Shown: positions 44,031 through 58,796, counted from the first letter of the stretch. The stretch: 64,000 nucleotides of DNA from Octopus sinensis (GCF_006345805.1 NC_043003.1:76508001-76572000), one strand, 5' to 3'. Notes: a model not told the origin generated them from the sequence alone. Numbers and translations: made by a program.

Positions 44031-44523
44031 AATTGTTTTTATTTTCCTTCAAAACTAGCGATGGTTCTTAAAGAAAACCTTCGTATTGTGGTATTCAAAT
44101 CCGACGTGTTGTTTATATTCTTTTTTCATTCTTCTGGGATACTTAGAATTATGTAGCAGTCAATAGTTTCAAGGAATTCGACTAGTGTTTTTCTCTTCAA
44201 CATTGCTTTGTGCTTGAAGTCATTATTGATATCGTCCCACAGATTATCTGTGTAGAGTTACTATTGTCAATCATTATTCCCTAGTGTATAAAATACATAT
44301 ATCAGCTACTTAGTCGAATGGGTTTAATTGACTTTCCTCCCCTCAACGGAGACGTCCTTGAAAAATCCTTATCATTCAATTAATAATACTTCTTACTTAA
44401 AGTCAGAAATTGAATAGTTTTTATTTAAGCATGATATCAGTGGAAGTATATGTCGGTTGTATATTTGCCTCTTGCTTCATCTCTTACTCCCTCTATCTCA
44501 CTCTTCACTCACTCTCTTACTAT

Positions 44524-44599
<76 letters not shown>

Positions 44600-45869
44600 G
44601 TTCTATCTTAGATCACCAGGCGAAATTGTTGCGAATTATGTACTGATTTTGATGCCTGATGTAGTGCATTCAAACCTCGCTGCATTCGAGTTTTAGTTCT
44701 GATTTTTAATTTCTATTAGGTCACCTTCATTTCGATAACGTGTTGGTCTATTGGTCAAGCGTGCAACAGTTAGTTTCTCATCATTGGCATTGTTATGTAG
44801 TATTGAAAAATACATTTAATCCTGATCAATTCCAGTTGACATAATTCTGTACTGAAACTATCATTATTTACATATCAACTCTATAAGCAATAACAACTTT
44901 ACATATGACAAAAGGTTTTGTTGGTTACTTGCAATTTTGTGTTAAAACCACCCCCAGTGAGACTTTTATTCCATGTAGGGTACTTCATTCATGTAAGAAA
45001 TAACAGATTGCTCAAATTTTAGAGATGCAAAACGGCAAAATATATATGTAATATAAATGGAAGGCTTTTTCTCAGTACCTAAATGAATTCAATGTATATA
45101 TATTTTTTGGCATACATCGAAACACTAATAGCAGATTTTAGCATACATTCCATTTTTAGTTAACTGATTTCATACAAGTCTATATTTTACCACAGTTTTA
45201 CAGGCAATCGTATACTCCAACGATTACTTTTATCTGATCCCAATAGAATGTTTGTACCTCATATGTTCGCTTCGGCGAACCTGCTCCTGACGACGTGTCT
45301 ATATAATCCCACGTTACAAACATGAAACTTTCATTTAGTCAGCAGTGAAGGATTTAACTTCCATGCAAAAACAAGGTCAAACGAGTTGAATCCTACACTA
45401 CAGTTTCGGTCTAAGATTCAATTTAACCCCCAATGATATGTATAATGCATTAATAAACGCAGAACAACTAAATGCTTGAATTTGTTAAATTTGGAGATTT
45501 TTTTTATATGCCTCAATACCCAAAATTAGTGGGAAAAGGCTTCGGCTAGATTAATAAAGCTAAAACTTTTATAAGGAGTTAGAAATGACACAGAAGAGTA
45601 TTACCTGGCCGTGTGATAACGTTTACTAATCATTTAAGTGATGCCTTTTCGGTGGGCTGTGGTGTTATTAGCTCCACGACCCTATTTACGTGAACACTAC
45701 ACAAGTATTAATAGGTTCTTTTCCGCTGTTGCAAGTATATTAGGAATCTAAAGAGAAACTCTAATTTTTGAGATGTAGTTTTGCAATGTCGTAAAGGATT
45801 ACATCAGGAAAGGCTGACAATTTTCACGAATAAATGCACGTAGTTATCAAGCAGTCCGCCGCAGTCTTT

Positions 45870-46801
45870 TTGAGCAGAAAGAAATGAAAGATGGAGTACT
45901 TGCGCAGACTGAGACTGATCCGGAAGTCGTAATTAAACGAACGTATTAAGATTGAAGTTATCAACACCTGGGCGGTTTCACTACTTAGATATTGTGAAGC
46001 ATTGATAAGAGCATGGACAGTATACGAACTAATCAGCTTAGACAGAAAGACAAGGAAGTTACTGACTAGTTATGGGATATACCACCCAAAAAGTGACACA
46101 AACAGACTCTTGTACCAAGAAAAGGAGGGGGAGAGGACTGATTGGATGAGAACACAGCTTTAGAGAAGAAGAAAACAACAAAGTATGGTATGTAAAAATT
46201 GCCACAGAACCACTATTATTGGAAGATGGTCAGGCTTGTGTAGTATGGAAGATTGCAAAGATAAAGCACCGCACAAGGACTTCAGAATGAATGAAACTAA
46301 AAATAGGTAGATAAAGAAAGAATGTATGAACAATTTCATAGGGATGTTGAAGATAATACAGAATAGACAACATATCAAAAAGAGATAAGTGATAAGTGAA
46401 AAGTGTTGTGATAAGTGCAGAATTTGTAGACAAAATGGAGAAATCGTTTGGCATTGATAGCCAAAGGGCTGATTCCTTCCTAGTTCAGATACCAGGAAAC
46501 CCCAAAGTGGGAGAAATTCTATATTTAGTTCTCATGGGAACTGCACTTATTCTACGTAAAATACAGTCTATGTAATCTCAAATTTAACATATCTTATAAT
46601 TTTATTATGTTTTTCTTAAACATTCTCTAGAACAATGCTATGACGAAAACCAAATATATGACACCCTTGGCATAACACCAACATGAACTTCAACTTGTCT
46701 CTTGAGGGTGATACTTGGAGTCAACTTCTACAAACACAAAGCAAATGTCAAACATAATAATATTAATAATATTATTATTAATAGTAATAATAATAATAAT
46801 G

Positions 46802-46849
<48 letters not shown>

Positions 46850-46880
46850 TAATAATAATAATGATAATGATAATAATAAT
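45870..46880 (+). mobile_element. Dong/R4-like fragment (post-RT region, C-terminus, 3'UTR) ending in (TAA)n
   Basis: EYLRRLRLIRKS*LNERIKIEVINTWAVSLLRY...LDRKTRKLLTSYGIYHPKSDTNRL..RKGGGRGL; LVLMGTALILRK; then a TAA tract. Confidence 0.9.
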
Positions 46881-48091
46881 ACAATGCTGCTGACGATGAT
46901 GATGAACTTTATAATGATGATTACGATAGCTGGTTCAAACATTATTTTACGCATTAGAAAGCACACACTTTAATATGATAGCAACCTGAATAGCCAATTT
47001 CTCAACAAACACACACATTCACAACAGAAAATTACTTCACACAGCGTACAGATGTCAACTGATATTACCTACGCACGTGATATGTGTGTGACTGCATGAG
47101 TTTCTGTGTGTGTGTGTATGTGTGTGTGTGTGCCTGCGTGTGTGTGTGCGTGTATTCAAGATTCAAGTGATTCAGGTGCTTAAACAAGTGAATCTCTTGT
47201 TATTATGTGTGTGTATGTGTGCGTGTATGCAGAGAGAGGAGTGAGAGAGAGAGAAAGAGAAACATACATATAGACCGACGTCAGAGAAAGTGACAGAGAA
47301 ACATAGAGATCGAGGTGAGAGAGAAAGAGATATTAGATAGATTAATATATAGATAGATGGATATATACATACATACATGCATACATACATACATACATAC
47401 ATACATACATACATACATGCATACATGCATACATGCATACATACATACATACATACATACATACCTACATACATACATACATACATACATGCATGCATGC
47501 ATACATACATACATACATACATACATACATACATACATAAGAGTTCTTGAAAGATCTGATACTACAGGAAGTGCTCTGTTATTTTGAAAGATATTTTTAC
47601 GCTTTAATGTGTGTATGTGTACGAATGTGTACATGCCTATTGTTTATGGAAATAAGTGTTGTTAAGCAGACACATAAGTGCACCATACGTCGCAGTAAAA
47701 TGAAGGATCTGGCATTGCTGCCATATTTTATACGATTTATATATTAATAACACAAGTGCCTTAAACATTGAAAAACCACATTAGAGACTCAGATAAGACT
47801 ACACACACATACACACGTACACACGTACATACTTACATAGCGGACACAGGTATACGCACAGAAACACATCCACACACATACACGTGCACGTATTCAGAGG
47901 CACATATACATTCGTATACACACATCTGCACATACGTATGTTTAGATATCTGCATTTATTGTTAAATATATACACGCATGAAACATATATACGCACACAA
48001 ATCCACCTATGTATCAATCGATGCATATAGATATATAGATGTGTGTGTGTGTGTGAGTATGTGTGTCTGTGTGTGTTCGTTTCTATGTTAT

Positions 48092-48161
<70 letters not shown>

Positions 48162-48543
48162 CATATATATGAATATATATATACACACAAGCACACTCTT
48201 ATACATACACACTCATACACTCATACGTAAGTATAGATATCAAAGTTCAACATCCATTTGAAGTGCATTTATTACTGCAATGCTATATGCAATATTACAC
48301 ATTGTGAGAAAGTGCAGTGATTTAATATCCTCATTAAGAAATTAAATACGAAATAAATCAGCCAGCCCGGAAATCATGATATTAATTTCAAATAAATTTA
48401 CGGTTCGCTACTATAATGGCATGGCATTAAAAGCGTATGGTATTATTTAAAGATTTCTTTGTTTCTTTAGGGCTAATGTACCGGTGGAACTAAAGTTGTT
48501 CTTTCGCGGTTCCTTATTTTAAAATGGTTTATTATTATTATTA

Positions 48544-48611
<68 letters not shown>

Positions 48612-48634
48612 TATTATTATTATTATTATTATTA

Positions 48635-48669
<35 letters not shown>

Positions 48670-49021
48670 TATTATTATATTATTATTATATTATTATTAT
48701 TATTGAAAGAGAGAAAATACAGTGTGTACTAAGAGAAACAAAAGGAAAATGCATTACTTTATACAACTTTTCTGGATTGAAACCAAGGAAGAGACGGAAA
48801 GAAAAATCCCATTTCCTCAAGAATGTCCGAGATGTACACTAGAGAGATGTACAAAGAGAGGGAACGTATTAATATCGGCAGTGAGTGGCAATGCAAATAG
48901 AGACTAACCTTTGTTGTGATGATGTTTCATGAACGGCTACGAGTAGATTTTAGATGCAAATATTAACATGCATATATGAAGACTGGTTTGGAGCCACCGG
49001 GGATGTTTAAATGATGATAAT

Positions 49022-49240
49022 AAGGGCAGCAAGCTGGCAGATACGTTAGCACGCTGGGCGAAATGTTTAGCGATATTTCGTCTGCCGTTACATTCTGAGT
49101 TCAAGCTCTGCCGAGGTCGACTTTGCCTTTCATTCTTTCGGGGTCAATTAAATAAGTACCATCGCACTGGAGTCGATGTAATCGGCTTAATCCCTTTGTC
49201 TGTCCTTGTTTCACCCCTATATGTTTAGCTCCCGTGGGCA
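49022..49240 (+). mobile_element. SINE-like family A copy (another at about 50670-50860)
   Basis: caagctggcagatacgttagcacgctgggcgaaatg... Confidence 0.8.
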
Positions 49241-52200
49241 ATAATGAAATAATATAGTTATATAGGCGCATAGGCAGAAAATTCTGAAACCTGAACTTAC
49301 TAGTTGTATAAAAATGAACTTATGATGTTTCCAAAGCTTGAACACTGACTTCTATAGGCTCACTATACTTTTTCTAACAAGAAACAGCATTTAGCCAAGT
49401 GGAGCCCTCTTGTTGATACACATTGACTATCTGCCGAGACCTCAGTGGGTGCTTGTTTGCCTAACCTCCCCATGTACAGTGACAACAGAAATAAAAGATA
49501 TGTTAAGCTAGATTTTTAATTAAATTATTTAAGTCGGACGCAAAATTTTTCATGAAATTTCTGACGAGAAATTTCAGACATAAACATCTACCACGTCAGA
49601 AAGATATTCCACCCATATATGGAGAGGCCAAACCACGCCATGGAACAAAGTGGAGGATGTCGGATTTTGAGATTTAAATACCCAACCAAAGAGAAAAAAA
49701 TATAGAGAAGTTGAAATAGTATTTCTGTGGTTCATCAAGACATTCACAGTCGTTTGAAATAAATGCATAAACCTAATTCATGAACTGTCAAAACAAGAAA
49801 CATTCTTTTATAGGCGGGAAAAAGTCAATGAAACCACCGTCCATACACAATATGTAGAATGAGAGATAAATTAATTAGTATCATTCAAACGTTTACATAA
49901 AACTATGTTCTCTCATACTTGTGACTCTGGGAGTGTGTGCTATTGTTTAGCCCCATGTCAGTTCTTGTCAAACAGGAACATGCCTAACACTGATCCAGCC
50001 ATGTCTATCTCGTCTTTTTTTATATGTCAAGAACTACGTAATGCAAGGTTTCATTCTTGAGACTGTACAATGAGATTCGTGTACTAGGTGGCTACTAGTA
50101 CTGATAGGTTGAGGTAAGGTGTCGGATACTCTCTCCGGAATATACAATTGTAAAAAAACAACATAAACCAATATGAAAGTTATCACATGAGATGATGTTG
50201 ATCATGTGGGACCTGCAGAGTTTAGTAAACTGACTACGCAAACCACAAGTTAGGAACTGACACGCCCAATTTAAGACAATGACACATGAATATGGTTTTC
50301 AGGAGCTAAACACAGCTTTCTATGCTTAAAGGGTTACAAGAAATAGATTGAAAATCCAGTCAAACAGGAAGTAATGAGGTTATATCTGGAGTGTCTCTTT
50401 AAAAGGCAAATTTGTAGAGAATCCGTTTTATAAACTATGCAGTGAAAATGGTGAGATTAGAGGTAGATACGAACATGCCGCTTGGAAAAGCATCAGAACC
50501 AAAGCAGTTCCGGGAACGATATCTTTTGATTATTTCCTGTAACGAAACACAATGGCAAGCACCAAGGAAAGGTTCATGCTCTTAGATAAGTGGGATGAAA
50601 ATTTGTTTGCTAAAGAAGCAAGACATTGACAGCAGGAACACTTTTCATTTTTAATATCTATGGGCTCATGGAGGCAGTGAGCTGGCAGAATCCTTAGCAC
50701 GCTGGGCAAAATACTTAGCGACATTGCGTCCGTCTTTACGTCCTGAGTTCAAATCACACCAAGGTCGACTTTGCCTTTCATCCTTATGTAGTCAATAAAA
50801 TAAATTCCAGCTGAGCCACTCACTCGCAATTTCTGACCTTGTGTCAAACTTTGAAACCAATATCTTTGGGTGCATGTTATATTTTATACGTATGTGCACT
50901 ACAGTGTACTCAGATATACGCAGTTTTACATCAACAATTCTTTAAATGATTTTGGAGAAATCGGAGGCTAGAGATAGTGTACTTAGATAATTATGGTCGT
51001 TAACCCGGTGCGATTGTAACAGAAATGTATGAAGTTATCCACTGTCCATAAGAACAGCTGTATTAAACCGCATGACAAAAGGAAAAGAACTAAATGGAAT
51101 ATAAATAACTTGAGTAAGGATTTTTCGTACCATATGAAACTAATTCGTTAGTGTTTTGTCATATATTACAAATGACAAGAGACTGGGATCATTATCGATT
51201 CTGTAAAATGAGGAGTAATGGAGCTACCAAAGATAGATCTGAGTGGCACTGCATGCAGTATTTCGTAACCATTATTCTGTTAAAGGCGAAGTTAAATTTT
51301 TTTATTCAAGTTGCTGGAAAACGTCTGTGATTGTCCTTGGGAATGTCGTTTGTAGCACACATACTGGAACTATTTCTAAGAAATTTATTCAGAATAACAA
51401 TCAGCTCACTCAGAGCACCGAGGAAACTTCAGACATCAACCAGCGACATTAGAAATGGGAATTCCTCCATGTAGTAATAAGTTAGGTAGTTCACTGTCTG
51501 GGCGTTTTGATCTTAAGAACTGACCCGGGATTAAACAAAACTAGTCTCAGATCTTGCAGAGAGGTCCGCTAGAGCATATACTCTGAGGTTATCGTCAATT
51601 TTGATCTATCTAAATTTTCAACCAGTCTCAGTCAATCAGTCAATGTTATTTGCTCTAAATTCAGAGGGTTTTCCCGTTGCTTTGTATGGTTCTTTTAGTG
51701 TATGGCTTAATATGTATTTCTTTATCCAGGATTGCTAGACTAACGGAGCAGCATGGCACAAATGTTTGCAGCACAATAGATTCCTCCGCACTTTTGTTAG
51801 TGTTGTAGCATTACATACTGACATATCTTGCATATTATTATTTCTAACGTAGACAAAAAACATCCTTATTTATTTGTGTGAAGAATAAATATATATAGTG
51901 GTGTCAATGTGAAATATATATTTTCCAATGTTGAACCCCACTGTAAATGAAAACTCGAAATTATTCAACCACAAGGAGACGATGGAATTTCTGTAGTGAT
52001 GATAGGGAAAAAATATTGCATTGACAATGACAAACCACAACTTCCATAGTCTTCATACTCCTAAGAGTACACGAAATATGTCCGTACTACAGAAGGGAGA
52101 AATGATGACCCACCTGTTGCTCGTGCTGCCTACGACCTCTGTTGAAATGCTGCCAATATCTAGGACGTGAATGTTAGTCTTGCAATATCATTGCATGTCT

Positions 52201-53082
52201 TTTTCGCTGTGAGTGCACACGGCAAGAGGAAAAGGTGTCGTACGCCTATAGCAAGTCAACATGTGTGAATGAGTGTATGCATGCAGACAAATATATTCCT
52301 ATCTCTAGGCAAACAGACAGGTAGACAAACAGACAGACAGGTTGATAGATTTAGAGAAATGTCAGCGAAAAGAATAACACACAAGCACACACTCTCTCTC
52401 TTTCTCTTTCTCTCTTTCTCTTTCTCTCTCTTTCATTGTCTCACACACACCAGACACGCACAAATAGTCAACTATTCAGATATCTATGCATTTTACATCT
52501 ATGCAATATATTTAAAGAGAATATATACTTATCAAACTATATTTCGTGGAATTTCAAACAGTAGATGAAAATGATGAAACGTTTGCTCCACTATACTCAT
52601 CAAATGCTTAGCAGATTATACGAAATCTGTATAATTCCATTCTAGAGTTATGACAGTTTTTACAAGCTTATGTTTGCGTCATAGTAATGTAACACAAATT
52701 TACTTATTACACGCAGGAGATATGCAGCTTTAGCATTAAAGTTTTCTATAATATAATTTTCAGCGTTTAACGTTGGCAGCAGAAAGCAGAAAATTGTGGC
52801 AGAAGTATTTGATTATAATTTATTGAGGTATGCATTAAGGTTAGTGTTGCAAAGACAAGCAGCAATGAAGATTGAGCGATGTAATGGTCAAAATGTGTGG
52901 CTAATAGAGTTGTCATTTATATCTACGACAGTTATTCAGTTATTGTTAGGTTTGTGTTTGTGTGTATGTGTGTGTGCGTGTGTGAGAAAGAGATTGTATG
53001 TGTGTGTGTGTGTGAATGAAATAGCTGCTAAGATTTTCAACATTAAGTTAGATTAGATTCATATTATTAGCATTTCTTTCAG

Positions 53083-53164
53083 ACAGAAAAGTGTATCAGG
53101 TGTTTATCCTGGTCCGCCGCTCCACTGGTTTCCAACCGCGGAGTATAGGACACACTACAGGGTC
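53083..53164 (+). CDS. Candidate 82-bp exon
   Basis: catttctttcag|...GTC|gtaaga; GC-rich island; open frame QKSVSGVYPGPPLHWFPTAEYRTHYRV. Confidence 0.35.
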
Positions 53165-54618
53165 GTAAGAGTTTGCTTGTGGTATTGAAAGGTTTGAAAT
53201 GTATCTATCTCTGTATTCCAAAAACTGGAAAGCTGCAAGAGAAAGATAAACCACACTCGCAGAAAAGCAGATTTGCCTATGGATTTTAAAATTGGATTAA
53301 AACTTGGCTACCTTAAACCAGGATAGATTTACGAAGTCACGGTATATCTGAAAACCACTGAATAATATGTTGCTATGCACCGTATAGTAAGATGCTGTGT
53401 AAATGAACATATAACATTTAGAAAGGTAAATGAAATATATTTAAGTAAATGATTTGGGAGAAAGATGACGGGGTTGTCAGGCGCTCTTATATGTATCGCA
53501 CAGCGATCGGCATATACATGATACAGATTCAACACTGAACCTGCTCCTCCTTTCTATCTAAAATTGATTTCTAAAACAATTGATGTTTCATTTTCTGAGA
53601 AGTTATTGCATAAAGATCACAACAAACGTAGAATGTACGCCGCTGTTGTTCAAAATGTTGTAGGTGTTTCTGCTGCTACTGCTCAGACCAAGTTCCGATA
53701 TGAGTTCGAGCAGACTGATAATCTAGCCAAGATCATCGTAACCTTTTCGTATATAGGGAACTCAGGCCTACTTTATCGAAAATATCTTTCTTTTAAAACG
53801 GTTGTTTATGAAGTGAGAGAGATTTAAGAGTAATATCTAGCAAGCCAAACAGTCATGTAGCTACACACCGTTTGATTTGTAAAGTATATTGCAACTTTGT
53901 TTATTAGCCTGTATAATGTATAACTTTCCATGTCCTATTTTCTTTCAGTTCTAAACATAATAGGCTCTCCGCATGATTCCATCTAATTATTCTTTTTACC
54001 ATTTCACCTGTCTAACTGCCACTAGTACAAATAAATGAAATGTGAAAACACAGGAGCTCATTTCTAATATTTAAGGTCATCGCCACACGTAATTTCCCTT
54101 CCATTACCTTTAAAATGTTCGCTCTATAGCTAGCCATTATCGTCACCAATCTCTTCTTTATTTTCTCTCTTTCTCCCATTGGAATACATCTACATTTTGG
54201 GAAACGCACAATAGCTCGTTACATTCCTACAATGTCCCAGTCTTATTAACATCTCAAAGCACGCCAATTATCGGCCCTTCAATTTAGTCATTGAAAGTGT
54301 GATTCCTTATGTCTTCATAATACTGTTAGAAGAAGACTGCAAAAGAGGTAGTTAAGCAACGTCATAAAGTGAACTAAAAGGTGATGTAAAACTTGTTATA
54401 AATTTCAGATTTAGTAACAATTGAGGGAGGGGTCGTGTCGCTTGTGATGCACTTTCAGCTTCATTATGTTGTAGATTTCAATAGTTCACGACCAGTAAAA
54501 TAGCTTACTAAGTACAGATTAAGCACTATCGATAAAAATATATATATATAATATAGTTAATATAAATAACATATATAATATATATAAATAAATAATATAT
54601 ATATATAATATATATATA

Positions 54619-54677
<59 letters not shown>

Positions 54678-54697
54678 ATGATATATATAATATATAT

Positions 54698-54767
54698 AAT
54701 TACTCCTGCCAAGCTAAATATATAAATAATATATATTATTTATATGTCTAGCTTGGCAGGAGGAATT
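54698..54767. repeat. 70-bp quasi-palindrome (3 mismatches)
   Basis: ctcctgccaagcta...atataaataat atat attatttatat...tagcttggcaggag. Confidence 0.9.
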
Positions 54768-56710
54768 TCAATCAGGAAATGTATTATCACAGAAAGAAGA
54801 CTGAATTTTAAATTTAATGAAAAATATATAAGAAAATTCTCAAGTAAATAATTATTGATCTGTTAAATCAGGAACACATTTTTTACATTTTTAAGTTATT
54901 GAATAAATAAATAATTATTATGCTATTTAAAAAGAGTTTATGTTCTTGAATGAATTATTGTTAAGCAATTACAAAATTAAATTAAAAAGAACATTTTGAA
55001 GTCAAAAATTAGTAGACAGTTAAATGAAGAATAATATTTTGACAAGATGGAAAATATATAGGAAATCTTCTTTGGTTAATGAATGTGCAAACAGACAAGA
55101 ATAAAACAGATTTTTAGGTTAATTGATTAAATTAACATTTTTAAGTGTAGACACAGCAAACGTGATAGAGAGAAAAAAACGAGATAGGTAGAATGATAGA
55201 GAGATTAGACGAAAAGGTATAGACTAATTTTTTAACACCAGCATATTAGAGATAGATATATTAATCTATGTGGGATGTCTACGAAACAGAGAGTGAGGAA
55301 GAAGCAGAGAGCAAGATAGAAGAGAAGAATTGTGTTTTTTAAAAAACTACTAAGTTCTTTTTTGTAGTTTTTTAAGTTAATAAATAAAGAAGAGTCAGAA
55401 AAATATTCTAAGTTGAAGTGTAATAATGTTCTTCATTAAATCGTAATTAAAAAAAATTAAAGAAAAAGAAATTTCTTCATTTAATATCTAATATATTAGG
55501 AACGAAATACAGTCGGAATTTAGATTTTTAAAACATATTGTCTAATATTAAAAGAACTAGACTGATAAAAAAAACACACACTTGTTATTAATTATGAGAT
55601 GATAAAGGAGAACAGTCGGGGGAAAATTCATAAATTAAAGAGCAATCATATTTCTAAATTAATAGTTATAAACAATTAAACGCTGTCAAATGTTGGAAGA
55701 ATAAAGTTTCCTATAGCCTTTTTGTCAATAACGGTAGAAAAAGTCTGTTAATAAAAAAGAAAAATCAGGGGAAAACTATTAAATTAATGGGTGATTTTTT
55801 TTAAATTTAGAAATAATGCATAATTAAATCTCAAGTTCACCAGTAATTGATAAACCTTAAGTGAAATTGCAATAATTAAAGAGAGAATCATAATCGTAAT
55901 GATCGGAAGGATACGTAAATATGAACGATATCAATAACAATAGTAATAACAATTCCTTGTATTTGCAACTGGGAAGTCAGATGAGGGGAATATTACAAAA
56001 GGAGGTTACAATTTGAGGGTGACTACTTCAAAAGTGGTGGGGAAGAAGGAATAAGGAGAATGAGATAATAGGAATACATAGTGCACAAATATGTCAATGC
56101 ATTGTTGATACATACCCACTGATACAGCAGGGCCCCGCAACTAGTATAAATCAAGAAATTTCGCTAACCCATGATCACCTTGGTCTCCAGGCGCAAGTAT
56201 CCTTTCCCAGTTGCTCTTCTTCAACCTACAAGCACGTGATTATACTAGGTGCATTCACTCTTGCTCTTTTGAGAAATTCACAGAATTAAACCGCTACCTT
56301 CCCCACTCTCTCGCTCCTACCCTTGCAGAAATTGAACAACCCTTGTGGGCGTTACTGAATATTATCAATCATAGGGAATCAGGGGAAGATGTAGTATATA
56401 TAAATATGTGGAAAAAAAGGAGAGAAAGAAGCGTTAAGAATGAGAGAGATCATGCGGTTTTGCATATAAGTGCTTAAAAGAGAACATCATTAAACATGAT
56501 ACAGATAATGAATAGTTAGAAAACTATTAGTTACTGGGGAAGGATGAAGTTTAAGAGTTTAAGAAAGTGTATTAATCAAGGAAATATATTAATTTAGGCA
56601 GAAATTAGAATTTTTAAATTAAACAAAAACAAAGGTAAAAGTAAAATATATAAGCGAAATATTTCCCTCCTTTTAAGAAAATTTTATTAAAAATCCTATA
56701 CAACCACTTT
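54760..56710 (+). pseudogene. Heavily decayed L1/Tx1-like ORF2 (EN-RT linker), with a likely internal insertion at about 55950-56460
   Basis: Remnants FNTSIL, DKGEQSGK and RNISLL...KIL, in the order expected of the WKxNxSLL, GEKxxK and YRPISLL motifs. Confidence 0.45.
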
Positions 56711-57559
56711 AAATGTATCATGCGCCTACCATATTTTATTATCTCTGATGTAAAGAAGTAACACACCAGCTTAACAAATTCTGCATCTGCTTATTACGTC
56801 GAACAGAATGCGACTGTCGAATTAAGAAGACGAAAGTCCAGATCTGGCACCCTAGAGCAGAAAGGTGAAAATTACGAAAAAAAAAACTCGTACAATAATC
56901 TATGGGAACCGGCACCGAGCTCTGACAGATGTTTAGGAACTATAACAGAAACTGCCACGAGTATCTCAGTTAAATCTTCACAAAGAGAACAATTTTAACA
57001 ATGTAAAAGCATTGAGGTAAGTCTATGCTATGTGCACTTGCCTCAGTTATCTCCCGTGCACATTCAAACAAAATGCAAGGTGGTATTGACTAACCTTCAG
57101 GAAAATTTCTGGGCTAATTTTCAGGAGGGAAAAAAGTGAAGGAATCGCTGTGTACATTCCAAATATATAGGAAATATATTAAGTCATTAATTATAACCGT
57201 GAGGGATTATTTTTTCAGAGTTGGTTCACAACATTTCTTATATTATATAAAATATACACTAAGTATTGGTTTTTCTCTGTTCCACATTCTAGAAATTAAA
57301 CGCACAACATGTGTATTTAACACACACACACACACACATCACATCACAACGCACCACCACGCACACACCAGCACTGACCAATTCCCATCCCCACATTTTC
57401 ACACCTGCACATACACGCAAACGTCAAGATCACCAACCTTCGTTCACACGCACATACGTACTCTCTTGCACACACGCACAGCTTCGTTTTGGGATTAGTA
57501 CTACTTTGTTATCTCCCCTACTTCTTAGCTCCCCTGTGTGACCCTCCTATCCAGCATTC

Positions 57560-57755
57560 GCCATGATAGATCGCTAGCCACTACACACATTTTTTTCTCT
57601 CCTTGTTTCTTTCTGTGTTCCTTTCTGTGGAAGAGCATAGGCTCGAAACGTTAAAGATTTTTTCATTTCCCGAGCATCATACTAATACATCTGTTTGTTT
57701 TCTACACCACCTGTCTCTGTCTTTTGTTTTTTGTGAATTCTACCTAAATATATAT
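57560..57755 (+). mobile_element. Penelope-like terminal repeat fragment with a variant hammerhead motif at 57621-57656
   Basis: cttt-CTGTGGA-a-gagc atag gctc-GAAA-cgtt-aaag; homolog of 10135-10320. Confidence 0.55.
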
Positions 57756-57871
57756 ATATATATATATACCGGAGTAAACACATAAATGTGAAACAAGGTG
57801 GAAAAAAGATACTCAAATACCAGTGGTAGAGTAATATGCTTTATTTAAAGCAGCAGAAAATTCAACAAAAT

Positions 57872-57909
57872 CTGTTACTCTGAGTTTCTCGTTGCCGTTC
57901 ATCAGACAG
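57872..57909 (-). ncRNA. Minimal type I hammerhead motif (mirror copy)
   Basis: Reverse complement of 57933-57970. Confidence 0.55.
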
Positions 57910-57932
57910 TTTTTGTTAGAATCTAACAAAAA

Positions 57933-57970
57933 CTGTCTGATGAACGGCAACGAGAAACTCAGAGTAACAG
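57933..57970 (+). ncRNA. Minimal type I hammerhead motif
   Basis: Stem I ctgt/acag; CTGATGA; weak stem II a-cg-GCAA-cg-a; GAAA; stem III actc-a-gagt; predicted GUA cleavage after 57966. Confidence 0.55.
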
Positions 57971-58002
57971 ATCTTGTTGAATTTTCTTCTGCTTTAAATA
58001 AA

Positions 58003-58044
<42 letters not shown>

Positions 58045-58760
58045 GGCGATGCATCAGCATGGCCGCAGCTCTGAGCTGAAACTAGAGGGACAATATACAG
58101 AATGAGAAAGAGAGTGAGGGGGAGAAAGACCCAGGAAGACTTGGGACGAAGTAGTGAAACTTGATCTTCGGTTGTTGAGTCTCACAGAGTCGATGGCAAG
58201 TAACAGTGGGTTCTGGCGATTTGCTGAACTTGAAAAGACACGTGAACTTAAGTGAAATCGTGGTCGTAACTAGTGCCGGTGACACGTCAAGGACACCCAG
58301 TATAATGTGCTGAGTGGATAGCGTTAGGAAGAGGAACCAGATGAAGAAACCAAGCCCAAAGAGACTGAAGACCGTGCAGCTTTCCGGCTTACCGGCTTCA
58401 GTCAAACCGTCTAAACCATGCCAGCATATAAAACTAATGAAATTAATGATGGTGATCTGTGTGTTTGTATATATGTCTGTGTATGTATATATATGTGTAT
58501 CGGATGTTTTTATACAACGCTTGTCACAATGCGCTTGCTCCTCACAGTGTTGGAATGATGTTGGAACTTAAATGTCTTTACGGGCAAGGCAAACATTACC
58601 CAACCAAACAAAGCTCTAATGGAGCAACGTAAAATAGAGTGCTTTACTCAAGAACACTGTACAACCCTCGCTCCAAGAATTATACCACAATCTCAGAATT
58701 GTGAGTGCAACACCCTAATCATTGGGCCATGCCCCGCCCACATACACAAACACAGGCATA

Positions 58761-58796
<36 letters not shown>

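Larger units (their letters stand above)
57839..58003. repeat. 165-bp palindrome (82-bp arms, 1-nt centre at 57921, 2 mismatches)
   Basis: Direct comparison of the arms; the right end runs into (TA)n. Confidence 0.97.

Noticed and set aside
45287-45330. CTGACGA-cgtg...cacg...GAAA as a hammerhead
   Set aside because: 10 extra nt between stem II and GAAA, and no stem III or NUH pairing
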